Positions 41,864 through 52,000 of a DNA stretch of 64,000 bases are shown piece by piece (position 1 is the first letter of the stretch; each line of letters begins with the position of its first letter). The DNA comes from Marispirochaeta sp. GTDB taxonomy: Bacteria > Spirochaetota > Spirochaetia > JC444 > Marispirochaetaceae. The stretch is from assembly GCA_963676835.2 (NCBI GenBank), contig CAXXFF010000003.1, positions 800,001 to 864,000 of the forward strand, read 5' to 3'. The notes beneath the pieces are model-generated. The model saw only the letters and a program-made list of their open reading frames with translations. It was not told the DNA's origin and did not search any database. The translations under genes and the position numbers were made by a program.

Positions 41864-43000
41864 ATGAAATACATAAACAGGACGATTGAACCGCTTCTAA
41901 GAGAATATTTATCGATATTTCCTATAGTGGCTGTCACAGGTCCTCGACAATCGGGAAAATCTACTCTTATCCGGGAATTGTTAGGTGATGAATACACGTA
42001 TATAAGTCTGGATGATTATAGAATCATAGAGCTCCTGGATGATGATCCGGAGAGATTCATCAAAACCTATTCTGACAAGGTAATTTTTGATGAGGTTCAG
42101 AAATATCCGAAACTTTTCAACCTGATAAAAAGAAAGGTTGATGAAGGCAGAGATAGATATGGCAGATATGTTCTTACAGGTTCAAGCCAGTTTACCCTGC
42201 AACAGAATGTTTCAGAGACTCTGGCAGGCAGAATAGGGCTTCTGCAGCTTCTGCCCTTTGATATACTCGAAGTTCCAGTATCTGGTACCCATATTGAAAA
42301 CGGCAGCTATCCGGAGCAGGTAGTGCGCAACTTTCACGGCAACGAAGCATGGTATGGTTCATATATAGATACGTACATTCAACGTGATGTCAGGTCTGTA
42401 GCCAATATTGGTGATATACATGATTTTACCCGTTTTATAAAGCTCCTTGCAGCCAATGTTTCACAGCAGCTAAACCTGTCCTATTATGCAAAACACCTGG
42501 GAGTAAGCATTCCCACAATAAAACGCTGGCTTTCAGTGCTTGAGATATCGTATATCATCTATTTACTGAAACCATATTATAAAAATATGAACAAACGGAT
42601 CTTCAAGTCTCCCAAAATTTACTTCTATGATACCGGAGTAGCCGCCTATCTGAACGGAGCAATGGGGACAAAATGGGAAGATGGACCTTTAGCTGGACCG
42701 GTATTCGAAAACTATATTGTATCGGAATGCATAAAGAAAATTGCCCACAGGGGGCTCAGAAATGAGCTCTACTATTTTCGAGAACATAATGGGGATGAGA
42801 TTGATCTGATAATTGAGGATTCGCAGAAAAAGATGTTTCTTGAAATAAAGAACTCCATGACCTTCCGGCCAAGGATGGTTAAACATCTGGAAAAATATAT
42901 GGACTCCGGTACAGAATCATTTTTGATTTATCAGGGAGAAACCATTGATTATACCCGGGATATAAAAGTAGTAAATTTCAGGGAATATCTGCTGAAATAA
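41864..43000 (+). CDS. AAA+ ATPase with DUF4143 domain
   Basis: GPRQSGKST, DEVQ, TGS, LAGR, KSPKIYFYDTG, EIDLI...EIK. Confidence 0.9.
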   Translation: MKYINRTIEPLLREYLSIFPIVAVTGPRQSGKSTLIRELLGDEYTYISLDDYRIIELLDDDPERFIKTYSDKVIFDEVQKYPKLFNLIKRKVDEGRDRYGRYVLTGSSQFTLQQNVSETLAGRIGLLQLLPFDILEVPVSGTHIENGSYPEQVVRNFHGNEAWYGSYIDTYIQRDVRSVANIGDIHDFTRFIKLLAANVSQQLNLSYYAKHLGVSIPTIKRWLSVLEISYIIYLLKPYYKNMNKRIFKSPKIYFYDTGVAAYLNGAMGTKWEDGPLAGPVFENYIVSECIKKIAHRGLRNELYYFREHNGDEIDLIIEDSQKKMFLEIKNSMTFRPRMVKHLEKYMDSGTESFLIYQGETIDYTRDIKVVNFREYLLK

Positions 43001-43035
43001 CAGAGAAGGGGGCGACTCCCCCCCTTAAGACAACC

Positions 43036-43255
43036 TCAGGTCCACTCCGTAAGCTTCGCACCCTGTTTGTCGGTAAATGAGCCGATGATGATCATGATAA
43101 AGTCCACCAGGGCGCCTATACCGAACAGACCTCCGGTGAGCAGCCAGATAACCGGTGCCGATTTTACCGACATAAAAACGATGAACACCTAAAACACCAA
43201 GAAGAAAACATAACAGGAATGCGGGCAAGATCTTCTTTTCTGATATTTCTGCCAT
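43036..43255 (-). pseudogene. TM2-domain membrane protein with a frameshift at ~43150
   Basis: [14 protein letters not shown] continues in a shifted frame as [30 protein letters not shown]...EWT*. Confidence 0.8.
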
Positions 43256-43329
43256 AAAAAGCCTCCACTAAATGAGTATAGGGAACAGATTGGGGATGTC
43301 AAAAACATACGCAAGTGAATCTGAAATAT

Positions 43330-43350
43330 GACTGCCGGACAAGGGATTGC
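43330..43350 (+). repeat. 21-bp direct repeat, left island boundary
   Basis: GACTGCCGGACAAGGGATTGC, identical to 56148..56168. Confidence 0.92.
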
Positions 43351-43362
43351 GCCCTTCCTTTT

Positions 43363-44088
43363 TTACGATAAAGTAATCTCAAGCTTATGCTTAATCTTCT
43401 CCCAACCCGGGATTACAAACTCAAGAAGCTGATAAAATTCCGGACTATGATCATGGTATTTCAGGTGACACAGCTCATGCGTAACAACATAGTCGATGCA
43501 TTCTTTAGGCGCTCTTATCAGGTCTGTATTAAGGGTTACTGTGCCCTTGCCTGTAAGGCTGCCCCATCTTTTTTGCATTCGCTTAATGGATAGTTTTGGC
43601 TGATCAATGCCGAGACCATTAAATTTCTGCCGGCAGCGATCCATGCTTTCTGCAAATTGAAGTTGTGCCTTTTCCAAATACCATTGGTTCAATAGCTTCC
43701 TGGCAGCATTTGGAGTCGGTTCGTTCCGGCACGTGATATGAAAAAAGCCACGAGACAGTTTCACTGAGTTTTCCGTTCCTTCGGCTAACTTTAAGCGGTA
43801 TTGTTTGCCAAGGTACAAGTGGGTCTCACCATTCACAAAACAGCGGTCAGGAGTCTTTGGATTAAACTGCTTGAAATAATTCAGCTGCCTGAGAATCCAT
43901 CGAGCCCGTTTCATTATTTTCTTTTCGATCAATGCAATATCGGACTGTACGGGCGCTTTGACCATAACCGTGCTGTCTGGATGCACAGCAATTTCCATAG
44001 TCTTCCGATCAGAATACAAAATTCTATAGTCAATGGTTTTCTGGCCGTAGATAACAGAGTGTTGAATGCTATTCCCCATAGCCTCCAT
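43363..44088 (-). CDS. M48/YgjP (DUF45)-family metal-dependent hydrolase
   Basis: RWGS, YVVTHELCH (HExxH), HSPEFY. Typical position after hsdR. Confidence 0.9.
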   Translation of the reverse strand: MEAMGNSIQHSVIYGQKTIDYRILYSDRKTMEIAVHPDSTVMVKAPVQSDIALIEKKIMKRARWILRQLNYFKQFNPKTPDRCFVNGETHLYLGKQYRLKLAEGTENSVKLSRGFFHITCRNEPTPNAARKLLNQWYLEKAQLQFAESMDRCRQKFNGLGIDQPKLSIKRMQKRWGSLTGKGTVTLNTDLIRAPKECIDYVVTHELCHLKYHDHSPEFYQLLEFVIPGWEKIKHKLEITLS

Positions 44089-47000
44089 CAGTTATAACTC
44101 CTGTGCTTTGCTACCTGCAGAACCTTCTCAATTATATCATCCATCTGATCAAGGGATAGTTCGATCCCTCTCTCTGTCTTAAGCTCATCATAGAGATAGT
44201 CGTCAATTTCATTAACCGCTTGTTTCTGAGCGTCTTCATCATCCCAGAAGTGAACCTTCTTGTGTTTTTCCAATATGCCATGAATAGCAATTGCTGTATC
44301 AGCCGCAGCCGATTCAAGGTCTTCTTCACCTAAATCGTGTTTTTCAAGGAAAGGCATAAGCACTCCGAAATAGGCCATGGCATCTTCATTCCCTGAAAGT
44401 TTATCCGGTATTTCATCATGCACCTTGCCGACAACCTTGTCGCAGATATCTACTACCATATTCAGATAATTCAGATCAGATATTCTCTTGGCTCGGAAAT
44501 CTTCAATCGCATGCTGGATCAGTTTTGAAAACTTCTCGTAAAACGCAGGGTCTTCATCCATCTTTTCAGTGATGACTTTCTTTGTGGCATGAGCAATTGT
44601 ATCAGCTTTTGACCCTGTGGTTTTTTTGGAACCATAGACGCCCTGATCTTCTTTTACTTGTATAAAGGAATCATCATCAAATATATTGACTGGCTTGTTA
44701 AGCTGTATCACTTCATTAGCCTGGATATGTGTGTCCAACAGTTTTTTAATTTTGGGCTCATAATCCCGGTAGTCAATAGCCTCAGCATATCGGAGTTTGA
44801 CAGACGCCTTGAGTGACTGGAATTTCCGAAGACCAGCTTTGTATCTGGACAAAGTATTCTCATCGGTTTCGTTCAGGAACTTCTCGGAGGAGAGTGCGAC
44901 ACCAAGGGTTTTCCCGAACTCCGAAAGACGAGCGTAAAACTCTTCTCTCAGCTCATCATCGGCAAGCAACACTTCATAGGCTTCTTCATCGTATGAGTGC
45001 TTAACTGTTTTGAAGATATCCCAAAGATCGGAATACCTCCCCGGTAACTTTTCAATTTCACTATTTATTGATGTAAGCGTACCTACCAGATCCGATTCAT
45101 CGAAGCCTTCAAAAGCACTATACATGGTAAGCGCTTTGTCCAATTCACCCAGGACGCTTGCATAGTCGACGATAAAGCCAAATTCTTTATTCTCATGGAG
45201 ACGGTTGACCCGGGCAATTGCCTGAAGAAGCGTATGCTCCTTTAAGTTTTTACATAAGTATAAAGCTACATTTCGAGGAGCATCAAATCCAGTCAGTAAT
45301 TTGCTAACGACAATAAGAATTTCAGGATCACTACCGTGTTTAAACTGATTGATAAGCTGCTTGGTATACTCCTCTTCACTTCCATAACGTTTCATCATTT
45401 TCTGCCAGAACCTGACGACTTCATCGGTCGCCTCATCATCAGTTTCTTCAAAGCTTTCTCTCATGTCTGGTGGGGAAATAACGACTTCAGAATGCACAAA
45501 GCCAATTTCATTTAAGAAATTGTAATATTTTAGTGCAGAAGGCTTGTTTGGAGCCACCAGCTGGGCCTTGAATCCTGTTCCCTGCCAGTTGGATCGGAAG
45601 TGTTCGCTGATGTCAAAAGCCCTCATGTAGATGACCTGATCGGCCTTGTTCAGCATTTCCGCTCGTGCATATTTCCGTTTCAGGTCCGCCTTCTGCTCCT
45701 TGGTCAAGCCCTGTGTGTGTCGCTCAAACCACAGATCAACAGCTTCTCTGTTTTGTGTCATCTCCACATGCCGCCCCTCATACAGAAGCGGAACCACCGC
45801 ACCATCCTCAACGGCCTGTGTGATGGAATAATGGGGCTCAACCAATTCACCGAATTTGGTGAAGTTGTTCTTTTCTTTCTTTAAAAGCGGAGTCCCGGTA
45901 AATCCCAAATAACAGGCATGGGGAAACATCTGTCTCATCCGAGCGGAAAAGGAACCGAACTGGGTACGGTGGCTCTCATCCACCAGAATGAAAATATCGG
46001 GCGATTCATCCTGATATTTCTTTACCGCATACGCCTTGTCGAATTTATGAATAAGGGTTGTGATAATGCCTGACTTCTTTTCAGCGACCAATTCCAGCAG
46101 ATTTCTGCCTGATGTTGCCCGGTTTGCTTCAAGGCCACAGGCGGCAAAGGTATTCCCAAGCTGCTTGTCGAGGTCGTCACGGTCTGTCACAAGAACAATT
46201 CGTGGATTCAAGATTCCAGGACCTAAGGCCAGGTTACGGGCCAGCATCACCATGGTCAAAGACTTCCCTGATCCCTGAGTGTGCCAGATCACACCGCCTT
46301 TACGCGAATTGGTACTATCAAAGTGCTTAACCCGGTTCAGGGTAGACTTGATGACGAAATATTGCTGATAGCGGGCGATCTTTTTGATTCCCCCGTCAAA
46401 CACCGTAAACTTCCACGCCAATTCCAGGAGCCTTTCCGGACGGCAAAGGGAGAAAAGAGATTTATCCTGTTCGGTCACCAGCCTGCTGCCGGTAAACGCT
46501 TCCGGCTTAACATCAAAGGTAGTTGAAATTCTGGTGACAACATCCTCGGCAAGTGGCTGGTTGACGACTGCTGTTAGTTTTTCAAACTCGCGTTCACCGT
46601 TATCCATCTGAGGCTCTTTCCATACACACCAGAATTTTGCAGCGGTTCCCGTTGTTGCGTACATGGCACTGTTTTTATTCAGTGCCAGCACCATTTGACT
46701 GTAAATGAAGAGTTTCGGGATATAGTCATCATTCTGATTTCTAATTGACTGCGATACAGCCTGTTCCACTTCAATATGCGGCGTTTTACACTCAATCACG
46801 CAGAACGGGATACCATTGACAAAGAGAACGATATCCGGACGGGCGGTTTCCGTACTTCTGGAACGCTCAACACTGTATTCGACCGTCACATGAAACTTGT
46901 TGCGACCGGGTCCTTCTCCGGCTCTGGGCCAGTCGATATAGTTTAGGTTGAAGCTTTTTGAGTCGCCCTCAATGGTCTGCTCCATGGCCGTCCCAAGGGT

Positions 47001-47300
47001 AATCAGATCGTAAATAGCCTCATTGGTCTTTAGCAGTCCGTCGTATTTTATATTTTTCAGCTTCTGTATAGCCGACTGTACATTCTCTTCACTAAAGAGA
47101 TACTCACTGCCTTTGTATCGAATGCGGTTTATCTCTTTGAGCTGGTTGCGCAGGATACTTTCCAAGAGGACGTTGGAGTAACGCCCTTGACGTTCTGCCA
47201 GCGCTTTTTCAGGCGAAATGTATTCATAACCCATCGAAATCAATAATTGCAGGGCTGGTATCTGGCTTGTCAGTTTTTCGTTGATTACAAAATCACGCAT
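44088..47300 (-). CDS. hsdR: Type I restriction endonuclease subunit R
   Basis: PDIVLFVNGIP..IECK, HTQGSGKS, DESHR, FTGTP, QAIARVNR. Confidence 0.96.
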   Translation of the reverse strand: MRDFVINEKLTSQIPALQLLISMGYEYISPEKALAERQGRYSNVLLESILRNQLKEINRIRYKGSEYLFSEENVQSAIQKLKNIKYDGLLKTNEAIYDLITLGTAMEQTIEGDSKSFNLNYIDWPRAGEGPGRNKFHVTVEYSVERSRSTETARPDIVLFVNGIPFCVIECKTPHIEVEQAVSQSIRNQNDDYIPKLFIYSQMVLALNKNSAMYATTGTAAKFWCVWKEPQMDNGEREFEKLTAVVNQPLAEDVVTRISTTFDVKPEAFTGSRLVTEQDKSLFSLCRPERLLELAWKFTVFDGGIKKIARYQQYFVIKSTLNRVKHFDSTNSRKGGVIWHTQGSGKSLTMVMLARNLALGPGILNPRIVLVTDRDDLDKQLGNTFAACGLEANRATSGRNLLELVAEKKSGIITTLIHKFDKAYAVKKYQDESPDIFILVDESHRTQFGSFSARMRQMFPHACYLGFTGTPLLKKEKNNFTKFGELVEPHYSITQAVEDGAVVPLLYEGRHVEMTQNREAVDLWFERHTQGLTKEQKADLKRKYARAEMLNKADQVIYMRAFDISEHFRSNWQGTGFKAQLVAPNKPSALKYYNFLNEIGFVHSEVVISPPDMRESFEETDDEATDEVVRFWQKMMKRYGSEEEYTKQLINQFKHGSDPEILIVVSKLLTGFDAPRNVALYLCKNLKEHTLLQAIARVNRLHENKEFGFIVDYASVLGELDKALTMYSAFEGFDESDLVGTLTSINSEIEKLPGRYSDLWDIFKTVKHSYDEEAYEVLLADDELREEFYARLSEFGKTLGVALSSEKFLNETDENTLSRYKAGLRKFQSLKASVKLRYAEAIDYRDYEPKIKKLLDTHIQANEVIQLNKPVNIFDDDSFIQVKEDQGVYGSKKTTGSKADTIAHATKKVITEKMDEDPAFYEKFSKLIQHAIEDFRAKRISDLNYLNMVVDICDKVVGKVHDEIPDKLSGNEDAMAYFGVLMPFLEKHDLGEEDLESAAADTAIAIHGILEKHKKVHFWDDEDAQKQAVNEIDDYLYDELKTERGIELSLDQMDDIIEKVLQVAKHRSYN

Positions 47301-47301
47301 A

Positions 47302-47676
47302 CTATTCTTTCACCTCCCAATAGCCGCCCAGCTTTGGTCCTCTTCGTATGATGAAGCCAGCTTTCTTCAATTTAGATATATAGTTTTCAACTGTTCTTGG
47401 TGTTTTTCCTAATTTCTCAGCAATCTGCTCGGCTGTGATCTCCGGGTGCTGACGGATAATATCAAAGGCTTTGGCAGGTTCGCTTCCGAGTTCTTTCCGA
47501 ATTCTTTCCGAAATCGTCCCGAAATCATTCCCGCTGCTTTCCGAAACAGGCATTTCGGAAGCTGATACTTTTAGAAGTTCAACCACAACACCACCCGAGT
47601 TTTCTTCAATGACAGGTTCCAAAAGTCCCGCCGCTTTGCAGGCATCGATGATCTTTTCGATACCTCGACCCCATGA
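47302..47676 (-). pseudogene. C-terminal remnant of a Schlafen/AlbA_2-ATPase-HTH ('RecG-like') regulator
   Basis: SWGRGIEKII..C, then HTH (IAEKLG...RTVE..I.KLK) and GP..GGYWEV. No start codon for the WGRG part. Confidence 0.75.
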
Positions 47677-47681
47677 ATAGA

Positions 47682-47707
47682 GGAGTGCTGAATGCTGAGT
47701 GCTGAGT
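47682..47707. repeat. Heptamer tandem array at the 3' flank of the DUF1016 gene
   Basis: GAGTGCT-GAATGCT-GAGTGCT-GAGTT on + strand. Confidence 0.75.
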
Positions 47708-47715
47708 TGCCTGAC

Positions 47716-48768
47716 CTATAAATCATCACGCTCACCACTATTTAATAACTTTCTTTCATTGAGCCGCTCACGAACTTCTATCAAGGCGTTATGCAGTTTT
47801 TCTTCAAGTAATTCCTTTGGAGGTAGTTCGGTCCAATATTCCGCGACCATGATGTTGTCCTTCTGCATATTTAGCAGTTCCACCTGTTCGGTGCCCGCTT
47901 CAGCGCAGAGGATCAGACCAATAGGAGCTTCTTCACCATCCTGTCGTTCATATTTATTCAGCCAGTTCAGGTAAAGTTCCATTTGCCCTTTAAACCCAGC
48001 TTTAAAGCGGTCGATCTTAAGATCAACCGCCACCAAACGCTTGAGCTTTCGATGATAAAAAAGAAGATCGAGGTAAAAGTCATCGCCATCAATGATCATG
48101 CGTTTTTGCCGTTCGACAAAAGCAAAACCTTTGCCCAGTTCCAGAATGAAGAGCTCCAGCTCTTTCAGCAACGCACATTCCAACTCGTTTTCCAGATACC
48201 CGTCTTTCAACCCTAGAAAATCTAGAAAGTAGGGATCTTTGAAGTGGCCGCTAAGGTGGTCAGCTTTTACTAATTGCAATTTGGCGTCGGCAATCTCTGA
48301 TCGCTCAAACGCTTTACGTTCGATCTGATGCCTCAACTCCCGTTTACTCCATGTTGATTCAATGGCTTGCTGCAAATAGAATAAACGAGCCGCTTCATTT
48401 TTGAGCTTCAGAACTTCAATAAAGTGCGACCAGCTCAATTGTGTCGCCAGTGGCGACACAATCCTAAAATCGGGGAACAGATCTGCAAACTGCATCATTC
48501 TGCGCAAATTTCGTGTTTCAAAGCTTCTGCCATACACCTCCACTAATTGTCGTGCTACTGTACCGATAATCTCTTTACCGTATTCTGCACGATCACCATG
48601 AAGCACCTCTTCATTAATCCGCTTACCAACCTGCCAATAGGTAACTGTCAGCGCACTGTTTACAGCCGCAACAGCCTGCCTTTGACCTTGGTCGATCAAA
48701 GATTTGAGATCCCGCAACAGGTCGTCGGAAGATTGATTAGTTAAGTTGTTTTTCAATTCATCATTCAT
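47716..48768 (-). CDS. DUF1016/YhcG-family PD-(D/E)xK nuclease-domain protein
   Basis: YWQVG..I, LSWSH, KDPY.LDFL, LELGKGFAFVERQ, DLLFYH..L. Confidence 0.92.
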   Translation of the reverse strand: MNDELKNNLTNQSSDDLLRDLKSLIDQGQRQAVAAVNSALTVTYWQVGKRINEEVLHGDRAEYGKEIIGTVARQLVEVYGRSFETRNLRRMMQFADLFPDFRIVSPLATQLSWSHFIEVLKLKNEAARLFYLQQAIESTWSKRELRHQIERKAFERSEIADAKLQLVKADHLSGHFKDPYFLDFLGLKDGYLENELECALLKELELFILELGKGFAFVERQKRMIIDGDDFYLDLLFYHRKLKRLVAVDLKIDRFKAGFKGQMELYLNWLNKYERQDGEEAPIGLILCAEAGTEQVELLNMQKDNIMVAEYWTELPPKELLEEKLHNALIEVRERLNERKLLNSGERDDL

Positions 48769-48788
48769 AACTCATACCTCATCATTCT
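48756..48788. repeat. Degenerate heptamer array at the 5' flank of the DUF1016 gene
   Basis: Minus strand GAATGAT-GAGGTAT-GAGTTAT-GAATGAT-GAATT. Confidence 0.65.
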
Positions 48789-48884
48789 TTCCCCGCCTTG
48801 CGCATTGGCAAAACCGCAAATCCATTTCAGGTAGTCGTCGTGCCAGGATTGCTTCCATTCGATGTTTTGGGATTCAGTGGTCAT
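48765..48884 (-). pseudogene. N-terminal remnant of the Schlafen/AlbA_2 gene
   Basis: RBS GAAAGGAG, then MTTESQNIEWKQSWHDDYLKWICGFANAQGG followed by repeat-encoded ERMMRYEL*. Confidence 0.8.
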
Positions 48885-48901
48885 GGACAGAACTCCTTTC
48901 T

Positions 48902-48973
48902 AACCGCGAAATACGCGAAAAGGGTTGGAACCACGAATGGACACGAATATTTGAACCTCGGAAGGGCACGGAA
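48902..48973. repeat. Three degenerate ~20-bp internally repeated units
   Basis: AACCGCGAAATACGCGAAA, AACCACGAATGGACACGAAT, AACCTCGGAAGGGCACGGAA. Confidence 0.65.
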
Positions 48974-49025
48974 ATGAATTGGCCGGGATTTGAGAAAGAT
49001 GCTTTCGAATTATTCATATAAACCT

Positions 49026-52000
49026 CTATTCGCTGAAGTAACATTTTAATTTTGTTTCGGTCATCTCAATTACAGTTGAATAAACAGATCCCAATAGCCT
49101 TTTCATGTCCGCATTCAGTGCTGCGACCGATACCCCAGGCTGGGCAATGGCAAACTCGAAGCTGACATTACTATATTTCAGGGCCTTACTTACTTGTTTT
49201 AATGTATCAAGGTTTCCGTGGTAAAATCTCTTCTCTTTGAGTACTCCGGTTCCATCTCTTCTTTCCAGATGCCGAATGAATTCCTCTGGCTTCCATTTGT
49301 ATCGAAGGGAAACAATTGCTTGCCCGCAGACTTCGTATAAATCGGACAGCCTAGCACCCGATTCAGCCTTGGAATATTTGCAGTGGACCAATTCAAACCG
49401 GATTTCATCGTCATCCATGAAAATGGCAACGATGTCGGCTGATTCTCCTGAGTTATCATCATTGAAGACTATCTTTGCACCGGAATTCACTAAACGCGTC
49501 ATCATATATTCCTGGATAGAACCATCACGAGGATTGCTGCTTTTGTAATATGACTCAACGGTATAGTCTACTCCATCCCAACTAAGCGCTTTGATACGAT
49601 CTGATGGAATGTCTTGGACATCGCAATCACCATAATCTGTATGTACGCATCCAGAGATGGTGCATCCGTTTAGCAAGAACATCGTTGGGGGATTTTCCTG
49701 AAAAAATTGTTTTAATGGTATTGCCGTAGATTTAAGCCCCTCGACGCTGACATTGACATCATCGAGTCCCTCAATGCTAAATCCCTTTTCTCCTCCAAGA
49801 ACAACCGAAAAGGAGAATGACTCATCAATGAGCTTTAACTCAAAGTTCGCACTCTTATCCTGAATTTCTGTGTGATTGAGCGATGCTTCTGCAAGTAAGA
49901 ATGTTTTTTCTAGCGGAAGCTCTAAAGTTATTTTATGTATTCTGTCGTAAAGACTATCCGCCCAGTCTGCTGCCAGTACGGTAATTCCATCTGGGTAGGA
50001 TTCTTCTAAATTTGTTTTTTTAGCCGAATCTTCTAGGAGGAGATTGGAATCGATATTTTCATCGGTAACCATTGCGCCAATTTCTAAGCACCATGCTTTC
50101 CATTCTTTTAAATCTCCAGCTCTGGCAGGACTCCATATTTTACCTTTTACCGAGGCTCCAATGCTAACGGGAAATCCATTTCGAAAACCAACTCCAACAA
50201 AGTCCGACTTGTCGCACCGTCCCCCGGTTTTCCACTTTGTTAGTTCTGTGGTGACATCAGCTCCGCTCAATCTTGAATATCTGTGGAGATGATTTGCTGG
50301 CTTAAATATCCCTGCGTGAACAATGCACAGTCGCTTAATAGAGTCAAAAGACCTAAATACCCTGTCACCTTTAATGGGGGAGGGTTCGGTTCCGGTGACC
50401 GCCTCTACTAATGCTTCTACATCCAAACGCTTTTCAGAAAATCCTATATACAAAATATTACTGTCGGCATCATGATGCATCACCACCAAATCCCAAGTCT
50501 GATTCCGCATCTCATTTGCCCGAGCCCATTTTACTTTCTCCCGTTTCTGTGAAGTGAAATAGAAAACATTTTCCTCTGTATTAATGTAGGGCTGAGATAG
50601 TGCATATTTTTTAAGATCGAATGCATCTTGGAATCCTCGCCAGTCGACTTTAGCGCATCTGTAACAAATGCAACTGAGAGCTGGATAAACGAGCTTAGGG
50701 TTCAATGTGATGTCAGGCGAATCAAACCCTGCATACGGTTTACATCCTTGCAAAAATGACAGAAGAGACTCTGCTTCGGCCTTCTTTGCATCTGCGATTT
50801 CTTTGATAACCTCTTCCCATCCAGAGCCTTCTTGTAGAAGGTTTTCCAGCTCCACAGACATTTTCTCCTCAGCATAGTTTACAACAAATGAGGCATCGCC
50901 CAAGCCTTGCTGGGTGCGAGTAAAGCGTCCGATAAACTGTAGTAGTACTGAAAGCGACTTGTGAATTCCGTGAACTGCAGCGATTTTAAAGTTTGGGTAA
51001 TCAAATCCTTCCTTAAGCATCTCTACACAGACAACGATGGTGAACTCGTCATTTCTAATTCGCTGGATGAGCTGTTTTTTATTTTTGGTCTGAGAATGAA
51101 TAAGGACGATTGTTTCATCAGGAAACCATTCTTTATACTTCTCAAATAATGTTTCTGCTTTAGGTCGGGATTCTACACGTACCATTATCCGGTGCCGCGT
51201 AAATCCGTTAGCCCTGTCTTCTCGGAGGCGTTGCATTGCCACGTCAGCAATTGCCCGATCTTTCTTTTTCGGATGAAGCTCGTCGACTGTCAGCAGGGAA
51301 ATCTTGGAAAAACAATCATCCTCAATTGCTTGAGATAGAGGGTAATTGTAGACGACTTTTCCTTCAATAGGGATTCTGTCATTGCGGTAGGGCGTTGCTG
51401 TGAATTGGACAATTTTTGAACCGCTGAAAAGCCCTTTGATAGAATCCCATTCCTTGGCAACGACATGGTGTGCTTCATCAAAATATACGTGTGAAAAAAT
51501 ATCCGGAAGTTTTGCTTTTATGTCTTCATGAGCGCGAGCAAATAATGCTGGAGTTGATACGACCACATCTGCTGTTTTTAGGGTCTCGATAGATGCGGTA
51601 TCTGGTAAGGTTTTGTCCAGAACCAGCACTTTGGGGTTTAGAGCATCCTTCGGTATCACTCCCAGTTTTCTGAGAATGCCCCAGGTCATAAATTTTTCGG
51701 CAATTTGATCTTTGAGATCTCGTGTCGGAATAATAACCAAGGTTCTATTTGCATTATCCGCAAGCGTTGCAACCAGCATCGTTTCTGTTTTTCCGGTTCC
51801 GGTCGGAAGGACTACGGTGGCTACTTCATTAGATAAAGACCAATGTGCGAGCAAAGCATAGGTTGCTCCAAGTTGAGCTGGTCTTAATTTCCAGCCTTCG
51901 TCACCAACTCCCTGAATATTGACTCCGGCAAAGAAGGATAGACCATGACTGGCAGTATGTTTCACGCATCCTTGAATAGTATATGTTCCCTTATTCTTTC

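Noticed and set aside
43025..43255. 76-aa ORF as an intact gene
   Set aside because: Its C-terminus is out-of-frame sequence. The true TM2 C-terminus is in another frame.
43330..43350. tRNA or tmRNA 3' end as the attachment site
   Set aside because: No cloverleaf, T-arm or CCA end recognisable at either repeat copy
48902..48973. Possible mini-CRISPR array
   Set aside because: Units are degenerate, spacers are only 5-8 nt, and there are no cas genes
48746..49021. 91-aa plus-strand ORF
   Set aside because: Antisense to the AlbA stub and made partly of repeat units
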